Shown here piece after piece: positions 11,718-24,160 of a DNA stretch of 64,000 bases (positions are counted from its first letter, which is position 1; every line of letters starts with the position of its first letter). The translations under genes and the position numbers were made by a program. Source of the stretch: Marsupella aquatica (lineage: Eukaryota; Plantae; Marchantiophyta); NCBI GenBank assembly GCA_973895155.1, contig OZ316892.1:13513270-13577269 (forward strand), given 5' to 3'. The notes under the pieces are model-generated. The model searched no databases and was not told the DNA's origin. It saw only the letters and a list, made by a program, of their open reading frames with translations.

Positions 11718-13685
11718 GATGGATAGGTAGGATGCGACCTCTGCAACTTTGACTGTGAAGTAGCAGACCGCAATGTTCATATGGCTGCTACGAGCGTTCA
11801 AGCTTACAATAGGCTTTACCACAGGTCAACACCGCTGGAGCCTTAGGTATGCTTCGCCATTAACAAAGGCCTACTCTCTTTTTATAAACAATCATAATCG
11901 GAGACTCATCGTTCTGACGAGAAACTGGAAACTAATAAGATCAAGTGCACGCAGGTGTAAGTATACGATTGGATATTGCTTGATGCACTTCCCGTAGCCA
12001 ACAAATGTTGTGCAATTTAGTTGCGGAGTCGTCGAAACCAGAACGAATAGGTGTACCCTGCTTTCATCATGTCCTAGCAAGGTATGTAGTTCTTTCCCTA
12101 CGGTTTGTCTTTTAAGTTAGTGTGTGTGTGCTCTCCGCCGTGCAGGTGATGCCATCTGTGTAGACATAAATAATGGTGTAGGCTTATTGTCAGATTTTTG
12201 AAGTTGATCTCTCCGACAGTGTGACGTTAACTTTTCTTAAAGATATCCTTCTCCTTTGAAGGACGCTTTGGAAATGTTTACTTTCACTGACCTCAGTCTG
12301 AGAATAGAGAAGCATCAATATTCTCATGGAGGCAGTGACTATGTAGAGCTTGGCCCCCCTGTTGGTTGTGTTGTGCGGTAAATCACGTATCATGTTGAGC
12401 AAGATCAAAGCTTGCTTCACGTCTCATGAGCATGGAGATTAGGCTATTCAGACACTAGTAATGTTTGGCTGTACAGAAGACTCCCAGGTGAAACAGCTAA
12501 TTTAATGTCAAAGTCACAACGGATAGCTTAACGGCTTAGGATACTGCACACGATCATAGAGATTGTTTCAGGTTACAATCGAATGGTCTTAACTTGTGAG
12601 ATTGGGTCTAGTGCAGATTTCTCTTATGAAGACGAGCTTGAGCGAGACTCTGACAACTGGAATGGAGAGATGACACCAATTCTTGCTCTGCTGTATTGGA
12701 CATCGTTTTGTCTTCTGGTCATGGGGGATCAACCGTAATAAAGACAATGTTTACAAATATCGTTTCGCATTCGACTCTTGCACCAGCAATTATGGTGTCA
12801 AGACTGCCGAACGATATTTCTCCTCGACTTCAAATCTTTGTCAAACCACAGGAGGGCAGTGGTGACTAACGATGTGTCATTAAGAGTAGAACCGTAGCCA
12901 GCTTAATTGTGCAGCCAGCCTTCTCACTTTCATGTTGTGAAGCATGCCCAACACTCCTGTGAACCGCATCTAGGTGAGCTTTCCACTTCATCCGTGGAGT
13001 TTTAATCCACGATCCAACAAAGGTGGGCGCTAGTTCGTTCAACTGGTCGTCTTTTGCTCGAGTTATACTTGTTCCGAGAAAAAAGAAACCAACCGTGCTT
13101 CTGGCATGTTAGACTTGTCAAGCCAAATATATGATAGAGCATCTGAGTTCTTTGTTCTTTAGTGAAGATCTTTCATCGTGTTTCATGATGGTGGATCCAA
13201 ACTTACATTTATAACCACTCCAACATTAAAGTCCACTTTAAACAACAGAATCGCTTGAACACATTGCAAATTTGAAATCGAATAAAACCATACTAACATT
13301 AAAGTCTTTGAAAAATCACAATCGCTTGGACATATTGCAAATTGCAATTGAAGAACAAAGAAACTGTAGGCCACTTTGTACGCACCCTATCCCGAACTGT
13401 GGGCAACACTCCCAAAATTAAATGTATACTTCTCTGTTCGGTTTGCAATGGAAAAATACACACTTCGTCGAGAGTAAAAGTTCTCGTTTGTTAGGGTGTT
13501 GCAATGACAAAATAAAAAATTCCTGGAGAGAGATGTGTCGGGAGGAAGTACAAATTTACCGGACAGGTTAGTGGAAAGGTAGTTTCAACTTTCTTTACCA
13601 GTGGATAGAGTTACAAATGATCTAAATGCTCACTTGTCACTTGTATATGGACATAATAGTTTACTTGGCACTCACCAGCATTCCA

Positions 13686-13897
13686 GCTTTATTTGAACTC
13701 TGATATCCTGTGTGCCATTGACAGAAAATCCTCTGATTCCATTGGTATGAGCATTTCTCTTATTTAGGACTTCATGCAACCACCAAAGCAGAATGCTTTA
13801 TTTGAACTCTGATATCCTCTGTGCCATTGACAGAAAATCCTCTGATACCATTGGTATGAGCATTTCTCTTATTTAGGACTACCACCAAAGCAATGCT
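13686..13897. repeat. Tandem duplication, ~109-bp period, 2 copies
   Basis: GCTTTATTTGAACTCTGATATCCT...GCATTTCTCTTATTTAGGACT at 13686 and 13795, with about 2 substitutions in the 86-bp core and a small deletion in copy 2. Confidence 0.92.
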
Positions 13898-15572
13898 GTG
13901 CACCGAATTAACTTTTCGACAAGTAAACTCAAAACAAGCTGAAGATCGGACTGCAGATGGCAGACCACAAGGGCTGGTATCAGTGGAAGCTCCACAGATA
14001 CCTTCCACAAGGTACAAAATAACCGAGTTTCAGTGCTACTCAAACACGACTAGAGGAGTTGTTGGCTGTACAGTTTCAGCTCCGTCCTATGTTCAGTAGT
14101 GGATAGGTCCTTTGCAACATCAACATGACCCGGTTCCTTTTCGTGGCAACACAAGTAGAGATATCACACTTTTTTCATAACAAAGGCAACACATGTTTTT
14201 TATCAACATAAGACCCTTCCAAAACAGGATCAGATTGTGGCTTTCACGAACAGATTGTGGCTTTCGCGATGTAAGCCCAGGCAATTTGTGGTCCGGCATT
14301 TGTTCATTCTCCAACCATTCGAGCCAGATCATAAACGCGTCTTCTTGTCCATCTGCTCGTTTGAGACGACACACCATGTGGTATAGTATTGTCTCTGCTC
14401 TGATTTCAGTATCTACCACTTCAGCCTCCTAAATATGGCACGCCCACAAAGACCCAAGCCGCTATTCAACAATGTGTACCATGTGGATCCACTGAATGAC
14501 AAATCAGATCAAAGGAGAAATCTTGTAGCTGTTTTGTGGATGATGTGTTTTTCATTTTCATGTGAACATTAATGGCCCAGTCACTCCAACCGCTTTCGAT
14601 ATATATACTACAGGTCTTAGAAGTACAGAGAGTTGGAATATCACAAGATATTTGCACTCTTTTGTCATAACTGTTCAGACAACCCCAACATCGGTCCCCT
14701 CGGTGATTTGAACGCTAAAGGCTTAACAAAAGCCTTCGTATCGAAGCTCAGCATTTCTCTTCAAAGTTTCATGCATTCGAGGCTTACCCAAGGGCAAGAC
14801 ACAACTTCGACCCTAATGGACCTGATAGATCAGGACAAGTGCAAATATAGCAAGTGAGGAGACCTGAGTCACAATGACTCGATCCCCATTTGCTTTTGTC
14901 CATTGTGATCACTCAACTACTTTATGAGTCAAATTCTCTACAATTAAATGCTCGCAGTCGAGTGAGTTGCTGATGCTTTCACGCTCATACCCAAGACATA
15001 ATCCATATGCCGTCTGCGTTGTCAAGGTTAACCTTCACGAGTTCATATATACACAAACTATGAAGCAAGGATGAACAATTGCTCCTGCCGCCTCGCTATA
15101 TCTACTCCCCGATACAACATATATACATCATGCCGGAGCAAACACTTCTTCCTTCACCTGGTATCACCACGTTTACGAAGTCCAAGACCTGTCGATAACA
15201 TCCAGAAATTGTTCTAAAACACCAATTTGAGCATCAACTTCGCAGAAATAGTACGGGAAAGCTTACCACTGTTTCACCGAAGCGACTAGGAGCGGCAGAG
15301 AGAGCGATTTCACCTCTCAAGGACGTTTCCCGTCAGGAGATCCGCACAGCCTGAATAATAATGCACCAGTCCTCGAGGCTGTACAATTCCCTGCTACAAA
15401 AATTGCGTTTTTCCAAAAAGTTAGTACCATTCCAGGCAGCTACTACTGTACTAGAGTCCCTACACCCCGCCGACATACAGTTGCTTCTTATAGAAGTGCA
15501 GTACATAATGGCATTGTCTGCTGGATGGGAGCCTAGCTTAGTCTGGCAAACCATCCCGCAAACGTTTTTACT

Positions 15573-17651
15573 CTAGAGAGAGAGTAGTATCAGTATCGAC
15601 CCAACCTGTTGTTGATCTTCATGAAAAAGTAGACCCCAGCGGCTTGTGTCTTGCTTCTTGGGATTATCCGTCCAAGCTTTGCGTGCTTGAATCAACTCTA
15701 GGATCCAGTCAAATACCTGCAATCCAAACAAAGGTATCAGTGAAAATGATTAAATTTACTGGGTTCAAGGAGAGTTTACAGTTTCGATTACGATGGACCG
15801 ACCAGTCAGACAATTCGAAATTCGCCATATGACGAGTGGGAGACAATCGGTGAGGTGCAGTGAAATGCAGTGGTGCAGACCTGTGCTAATCTATACCGAG
15901 GGCGTTCCAATTGGGCTCCACGCAACTTTAAGCCAGTGCCTTGACATTCTGGGCAGAAAATCGCTCCTTCGCTAATGGAGGGAGCGAGAGGACCACCGAC
16001 GCCTCCACCAATGACGGCGCTTCGTGATTGCTCGACTATGGCGCGTCTAGTCCTAGTCAGCTTCCTAGTGTGGTCTATCCTATGATCTACTTGTCCAGTG
16101 AAAGTCTTGACTTCGCATATAGAGATCCAGTCGATCAGGCAGGAGCTGTGGTACACATGGAACACCTGCAGTCATAAAAAATAATTTAGCAAAGCCGCCA
16201 AGTATAAGCAATTCACTTTAAAAAAGGTGTAATGATCCAAACCTAGCAGACCATTTATGAAACTTACATAAGCTTCAAAAATGTCTATCTCAGCAAAAGA
16301 TTCTGAAATTGCGATACACCAGTAAGTAACCAACCACCCACGTTTCCTTCGACGAGATGTTGCAAATAATGGATAACGAACATCTGTACACATTACATAC
16401 CCCCCGCTTATTTCGACTACCGCAGACCATCTGCTTCGTATGCAAATTTAGCAACGCAGCCACATCCTTCCCTGAGGACATCCTTTGGTGACAAATAAAG
16501 CATAATCTCTCCACGGCCTTCGCCTTCTTCCGTTTGCAGACCCGTCGAAGTATCCTAGTTGACCCAGTCGTTCCTTTACCTAAACCAGCAAGCTTGTGCT
16601 GCTTTTCGAGTAGTCCTAATTCTGGTGAAGGTGAAACATTTTTGTCAACCACCAATGATGTATCCTCAGTGGGTACTGGTTGTGGCGAATTATTGCGCTT
16701 GGGGACGGGGACGAGTGCAAGGGCTTGGTGGTGCATTTGGCCATGTGTGCTGTTCGTGGATCCAGTATTATGGTTGGCGTTTAGTGAGCTAGTGGGAGTT
16801 TGCGTAGGTAAGGCTCCGAGCAGTCGCTCCTCAGCCGGCTGCTGCCCCATACCATAACTACTGCTACTAATTCTCGTTTGCTGCTGCTGATGCTTCGAGT
16901 CAAGACTAGGAGACCTCGTTGGCTTCCAATCTCCACCACGACCAATCATGTCACTGTAAGGAAACTTGATCACAGCGTAGGCAATGTGGCCACCCGCCCC
17001 TGCTCCGTCCTGCTGTCCAACAACCTGACAGCCCGACCCCGAGCTCAAACCAGGACCACCTTTCCCATTCCAACTGAACCACGACGAATCGACAACAGGA
17101 GCTGCAGAACCATTAGCAGTACCGGCAGAAGAACGAACGCTGAAGAAAAGCTCGCCGCTACCTATCCATTCCAACGAAGTTTTCGAGCCCCCTGCTGCAA
17201 TTGTAATACTCGGCCGCGGATCCACCAAAACAATTTTGGCCCCTCCTCGAATAAACTCGCGGTTGGTCGTCGCTCCTCCGTCCCCCTCATTACCTCCTCC
17301 GGGTCGTTGTTCCTCCAACTCAAATCCTCGTCCTCCTCGTGGCACAATTGTCCGCTCCTCATCTTGGTGCGCTGCCACAATTGCCCCCCGGCGCTGCTGC
17401 TGCTCCTCAACACTGGTGTCTCGATTATTTCCATTCACAGGAGAATTCTTCTCGCTCGTCGTCAAGGCCACAGATCGACGCGCATGCATGTTGCCCTGGA
17501 GGTGATCCACCAGCGCGGCATCGCTGTAGCAGCGCGTGGCGCACCTCGTGCAGACAAAAATCATTCTCTTCCCATCCCTCTGCAGCTCCACACACCTCTG
17601 CCCTCGCAGCCAAGCTTCTCTAAGTACGGCGCGTGCCGCCCCTTCTTTCAT
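15573..17651 (-). CDS. Plant C2H2 (matrin/U1-like) zinc finger protein with C-terminal atypical RING-like Cys/His domain (recalled as At4g25610-like family); C-terminal end uncertain
   Basis: Exons 17651-16401, 16165-15881, 15716-15573 (or spliced again at 15605). N-terminal 'VELQRDGKRMIFVCTRCATRCYSDAALVDHLQGNMH'; C-terminal 'LCFICHQRMSSGKDVAALLN...CGSRNKRGVFHVYHSSCLIDW...FCPECQGTG...RKAW'. All introns are canonical GT-AG, phase 0. Confidence 0.88.
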
Positions 17652-18527
17652 GCTCTCCCGCTCCTCCTCTCCTCCTACTGTATAGCTACGTGGTGCTCGG
17701 GCTCCTCCTCATGCTTCTACTATTGCTACTTCTCCTTCGGTCTTCCACGACACAACCTTCTCGCACTCCCCGCAGTCCTCTCATGATGTCTTCCAATCTT
17801 GCTTCCCCTTCTCCACATTCTCTTCCTGCAACCAATTGTTTGAATAATTTCGCATTGCTTGTCAGTTCACACACGCACACTCACACAAAAAAGGCAAGCG
17901 AGCTTTACAACAGCGCCATGATAGTAGTTTCTCACCTCGCTTCTTTGAACCTTCCATGCCTTCCTTCTTATCTTCCTCTTCCCACCAGATCAACCCTTCG
18001 CCTCCTTCGTCCCCAATCTCGCTCGTCCTGTCTGACTTTCTGCCACCAATCAATCAATCCATCGATCGAGCTATCATGAAACCCTGTATTCGCAACGGCG
18101 AGCGCCCGCGCATGAAGAAGCGCGCACCAGCGTCGAAGAAAGGTGACGCAGTCGAGTAGTGCGACACAGAAAGCCGTAGCAGCAGAGATCCATCGCCCAT
18201 CATGCTCGTCATTTGGCGATCCAGAGTCAAATAACAGTAATGATCCGTGGTATATACTTTCCTGCCCCTTCTCCTGCCCTGTCTTTTCAGGAGAAGCACT
18301 GCAGCAGCAGCGGAAAAGCACTCCTGGCACCAAAAAGCCGCAGGAGCCGAACCGAATGGGGAACGAGCTGATCCACTTACTACTACTCCTCCTCCTCCTC
18401 CTACTGACTCCTGAAAGGAAGGACTCGAGACCAGAAGCGAATTAATAAGCCACGGTCTGCAAAGGAAAAGGGCATGGGCTGATCCACGAACGCCAATCAA
18501 CCATCACCCTCACTAGCCTAAAAAGGC

Positions 18528-18566
18528 AGTTCGTTCGTTTCGTTTCGTTTTCGTTTTCGTTTCGTT
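18528..18566. repeat. (GTTTC/GTTC)n microsatellite in the putative 5' leader of the zinc-finger gene
   Basis: gttcgttcgtttcgtttcgttttcgttttcgtttcgtt. Confidence 0.8.
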
Positions 18567-19844
18567 GTTTTGGCCCGTTCCAGCCAAGGCAGGCGCCAAT
18601 TCTAAACTCATTTTCCTTCGTCCCAGGTTATGTTTCTTGCTCCTTTTTCTTCTCCCTACGCCATGCTTCTTGCTGTTCACCAGAGCGAGAGCGAGCTTGC
18701 CATTCTGCCTCTCTCTCTCTCCTCTCTCTCAAATCAAGAGACCGGTAAAAGTGGATCCGCGTAATCATGCGCTTTTGCGCTCGATTCGCGAACGGATCTG
18801 GAAGCAAATGGACACAATAATCAGGATTGATTGCATCGAGAAGGACGGTGACACATTGCCACGAATGTGATTCTTTCTCCGTGATGCGCAATTCATCATC
18901 ATTTGGTTTTCCTTCAGCAAATGGTTTATGCTGTTGAGAGGATGACGATGACATTCGCTTACTGTGGTCGTGATGAAGGCACACTAAGGATACCGTAGTA
19001 CAGGTATAATTTGGTCACTTATTACGGTACCACGGTGATGAAGCCCACAAATGATTACCGTATGTATCTCTAAGAGTACCATACTGCTATTTGAGCTCAG
19101 TCATGAGCTAATTATCAAAATTGTTGTGTTGGCCTAAAGCAAATTATTTTGTTTTCTCTTTTCCCCCAAGCTTCAGTCATCATAAATTGATTTTTTGGAC
19201 CTTTGTGCATCTTAGGCCAATTGCAAGCTAGAATTTTGGGGGCTAGGCTTCTAGGGTGAAGACTCTAGAGAGTAATTCTACAGCTCATGATGTGGATGAA
19301 AAAATTGATCATTATGACATATGTCAAATGATAATTATGCATATTTTTGTACTTAGATTTTAAAATAAACTTTATGACCGCACCATAACATTAACTTCTA
19401 TAATAAACAGTTGCGCCTTTTTATAGCGTGATAGTTATTTGAATTTGAAGGGCACAAAAATTAAAGAAGCTAACCAAGAGAAGGAATAAACTAAAATTAT
19501 ATTATATTTGGTGTGAAGTAAAGAGTGACACGTGTTTCAAACAATAAATAGAGGGAATGCCAGGAATGACAATGCACAATAATGAGTACTTTATGGACCA
19601 TCTATATATAGTACTTTATGTACCATTTAAGTATAGTTCTATACCCCATGATAATCTATGTCATAAGATTGATTACAAATATTACATACTGTAATAAAAA
19701 TTATCAAAACCAAAAAATAGTACAAAAACTGTAAAAGAGAAGGGGGGGGGGTGGGGTGGGGTGCTGAATAAAAAATGAAAAATACAAAAACAAAAATAAT
19801 TTTTAGCTGATAATACTTTGTGGTTGTTGTCACTCATTTTTTAC

Positions 19845-20736
19845 CCCATGACATCTGTTACTAGGTAACAATTTTTGGGTAATTATATCTTTTATTACTT
19901 AGACATATTTTGGGCAATGATATTTTTTACTTAATGACATCTTTTGAGCAAGAAATTTATTGGCATTTTTTGCACATCTTTTCCTTAACAATATGTCATG
20001 CAATGACATGTTTTACTTCACAACATCTATGACTGATGACATTTTTTTACTTGACTACAGCTTTGGAGTCATAGCATTTTTTTACTTGACTACATCTTTT
20101 ACTTGATGACATATGTTTTACTTCACAACAACTTTGGCAACACGATTTCTTTTTACTTGATGATATCTTTGACATAACAACATCTTTGGCTCCCGACATC
20201 TTTTACTTGGCAATAATATCTTTCACATAATGACATCTTTTTACTTGACAATATGTTTTTACTCCATGACATCTTTGGAGACACAACTCATTTTTTTCTG
20301 AACAACATCTTTTTACTCCACGGGTTTTTTTTAATGCCATCTTTTTACTTTGCGTCATCTTTGGCGACACAAAATCTTTTTACTTCACGACATCTTTGGC
20401 AACTCGATTTTTTTTAACGACATCTTTTGTGCAACGCACGGGTTTTCTTCACAACATCTTGGGCAACACGACATTTTTTCTTAAGGACACCTTGGGCAAA
20501 ACAATTTTTTTTTTCAATGATGTCTTGGGCAACACGATATCTTTTTTTCAATGACATATTGGCTGACACAATATCTTTTTCCTCAAGAACATCTTGGCCG
20601 ACACGACATCCTTTTCTCAACAACTTCCTGGCAGACACAACATCTTTTTTCTCAGTGACATCTTGGCTGACACAACATCTTTTTTCTCAACCAAATCTTG
20701 GCCGACATGACATCTTTTGTGCAACGCACGGGTTTT
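19845..20736. repeat. Degenerate minisatellite, ~34-35-bp unit made of two ~17-bp RACATCTT subunits
   Basis: TTGG anchors at 20459, 20493, 20525, 20559, 20594, 20628, 20663, 20698; consensus about TTGGCCGACACGACATCTTTTTTCTCAACGACATC. An older TTTTACTT-type variant occupies 19845-20410. Confidence 0.88.
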
Positions 20737-22561
20737 GAGCTAGTATGTACATAGAAAGAGAGATATATATATAAAGAGTATAGTATGATATATATTATTA
20801 TTAAAATGATGACATGCATGATACAATTTTTATTATTTCATTAACCTTGAAAAAATGTGAATAATAAATATATTATAGTGATATTTTTATTGTATTTCCC
20901 ACTATTCACTTTTAAAAGGACAGATAGTCTGGGCTAGTATTTCTTATTTTAATGGAAGCATCAAATAACTTACTCCCATGATTTTTTTGTAGACTGTCCT
21001 CTGGGGCTCTTCTAGGTAGAGAGGAATTTGACTGCCACAAAGAACGTGCAATTTTGTGGAGGGCCCCTGCCCCAAGATATGCCATGAGAAATTATGCTAT
21101 AAATAATTTCTTTTATACACTCAAGCTTCATTTGATGAGTCCTTTGGAGAGCCTTGTTTCCAAGTCAAGTGTGACTTGTCCAAGGTTAAAAAGGTTAGGG
21201 ATAAGCGTAATCCAAAAGAAAAATTTTTAGTGTAAAGTGCTAAAGATGTTTTGTCAATCATATATATTTTTAATTAGCATATATTTTGGAGGTCTACCGC
21301 ATTTTTTAGAGGAACAATAAAGTATCAAAATTGACTTGCACCACTGGACCTGGCTTCTCCCCATGAGTGAGAAGGTGCCCATTTAAATTTAGGTGGGAAT
21401 TATTTCCAAGGGCTATCTCTTTGCACAAAGCATAGAATCTTTATTTTTACTTGAATCTAGGATAGAGCATCATTATTTTCTCTCTTGTCATAAATTGATG
21501 TTTAATTTTACATGAATGTAAAATTAAGATTCATTTTTGGGGTAACTTAGTGTATATTTTGAAGTATCACATGCGATCCTAACTTAATATGAATACTCTT
21601 GCTTTATATTTCTATGCCTATTCCAATCTTTTTAATCTTTGCTAGCTCTTTCTTTTTAACTAGGATTTTGTTTATTTGTTAGGATTTGATTTCTTTGCTA
21701 TGATTGTCCTAGTGGTTTGTGTAGGGGCTAAAGCCTTTTTATTCTTGGTAGTCGTTGAAATGCTGACATGATCCATTGAGCTGACATGACCTGCTTCTCA
21801 TGGTGTCCCTCAAAGATTCATGCTATTTCACGGGTTTGAAATATGAATAGAAGAGCGCATCACCAAAGGAAGCCAGTAAAAGTGAGAAATATTGCTAGGA
21901 TGCTACGCACCTCACATGCATTATTATTTTTAGTTGATCTAGCTTCACATTTGCCAAGAATAGACCCAATTGTAGCTGTCATGGGGACGTTGTGCCCTTT
22001 TCATGGCAGTAGTGCCATTATGTTCCCTTGCCACAGGGCTTTTGCAGTTTAGATAAAAGTTATAAAAACACCCTTTCAAGGAAGAATGGACCCAGTACTT
22101 AATAGCCATTTGCTCTAGCACAACTTGGTAGTAACACCAATATATACATAACACTAATTACAATGAAGGGTGTAGTTACAATGTATGGCCAAGGGAGATG
22201 CCCAAGCACATTAGATAACTATATCATTATTTCCGGGTAGCATACACATCTTAAAAGTTGCTAGTTGCCAAAGGTTGTATCTATCTATTACTGACCATGT
22301 TGGCTTGCCAAATTTGAACCCATGACCATCCTGATATCAGATATGATTTGTCTACAGTCATGCATGCTTTGCACTAGATTGTTCTCCATAATTCAATCCA
22401 AAGTTATTTTGCATTCTGGGGGGTGTTTCCTCATTTTCTGGTCACAGGGTTACAGGCTAGTAACCCCAGACCAAACCTTCATATATAGCATGTTCATCCT
22501 AATGCGTGCTTATTTTGTCTTATTGAAAATATAATTTACAATGAAAACATAGTATCACAAG

Positions 22562-24157
22562 TGAATGTGTTCAGTGATTAATTTGAATAGTCAGAGTATT
22601 GATCCAGAAAAGTTGAGTAACCGGGAAATGGCCGTTGTGGGGCTAGGTGAATGTCAGAACTGGGCAGCGGGTATCCAAGGAAGTAAGGACGGTAGGATCT
22701 GTTGGGAAGAATCTAACGGTGGCAGGCAATGGATCCACAAGATCGAGTTATGTTACGTTCAGTTTTTTGCAGCTCTTCTCATTCTCTCTCTCACACATTT
22801 TGGCCCTAATTTCTCTCACACATTTTGGACTCATTCTCACTCCTCGGCTCCTCGGCTGTGCTCTCTCGTGGATTGCTTCTGGGTGTGCTCTCCACTCATG
22901 CTGCTCCCTTTCTTTCCTCTCTACTCATGTTGTTGCCTTTGTGTGTTGTTGTGTGTTGTCGTGTCGATGCTCTCCTATTGCCGTCGATGCTCTCCTGTTG
23001 CCGTCGATGTTGTGCTCTCAAGTTGGATACAACTCAACTGATCTGATCTGCTTCAAGTCTGAGTCCCGGCTCAATGCTAAGCTTCTCGTGCTGCTGCTGA
23101 GCAACTGATCTGGTCCGCTTTGAGTCTGAGTCCTGCCGGAATTGCTAGTAATTGCCGGTCAGCCATACGGCTCAATGCTGAGCTTTGTTGTGCTCTTGGT
23201 TGTTGTCCATCGGCTGTTCTCTGATGCTCGATGTTGCTGCCTCTATGGTGCTCATGACTCTGGTCTATGCCTCTCATTGTAGCTTGTGGCTCCTCTCTAT
23301 GGTGATCGTGATGCTTCTCATCGATCGACTGTGTTTGAGGCTGCCATTTTTTGCTCTTCTGCTTTGCCCTTGGATCTTGTTTGCGCCCTACTCAATCAGG
23401 GTCCTCTGATCACTTTTTTACTTACTAACCAGCTCCCCGAGCAGTTTGTTGTTTTCACTGTATTGATTGGTGACATGGCTCTCTCGTGTTGCGCTCTATT
23501 CACATTGATCTCGGCAGCATCGATGCTCAATGGCTGCGTTCTCATGTGCTGAGCTTTCATTTTTGTTGTTGCAACTGTTGTCGTATCTCTAGAGGGCTCA
23601 GTCTCTGCTCGTGCTGATGTTGTGGTGTTGGGATGAGCTGATCTGATCTGAAGCTGGTGTTGTGGTGCTGGGCTGCTCGTTATTGACCTGTCTGTCGTGC
23701 GCATACATATCGCTACACAACATACATCGCTTGTCACGTACATCCAGACATAGTCACACTGCCACATCACAAACACAAGAGAATGGAATACAAGTGGAAC
23801 TCATGTCCACACATGTCCAAAACCCACAATAATCTCCATACAATCGGCACAACTATCCCGGTCAACAATACCCCATCGATCCCGCACCGATCCGATCACA
23901 CACGTATGTCAAGCCAACGCACCTTGCACTACTCAAGGAATCCATGTTACACAAGCGAAGCTCACAGCCACCATAGCCACTCAAGCTCCTCTCTCTCCAA
24001 GGCTCAACATTGAAAGATGACCTTTCAATGCCTCACAAGTGAGAAGTACCCTCTCACACAAACCTGACGGAACCTTATCGGCTCATATAACACACATACC
24101 AAACATACGGATCTAGATAGTACGATACACTCTAACACTACCTAGAATGGTGTGACA
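22562..24157. mobile_element. LTR-retrotransposon-like non-coding relic (candidate solo/partial LTR)
   Basis: Ends in GGTGTGACA (24149-24157), a typical Ty3/gypsy LTR terminus. Inverted partner TGTCAC at 23732. Strong strand-skewed composition, internal short repeats (GCCGTCGATGCTCTCCT), and it abuts and truncates the Replitron ORF. No PBS/PPT and no convincing 5-bp TSD. Confidence 0.45.
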
Positions 24158-24160
24158 CAA

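Noticed and set aside
16878-17786. 302-aa plus-strand ORF
   Set aside because: Antisense shadow of the GC-rich first exon of the zinc-finger gene; no motifs.
20414-20738. Repetitive ORFs (KKCRVAQD...) on both strands
   Set aside because: Translations of the minisatellite; the 34-35-bp period does not preserve frame.
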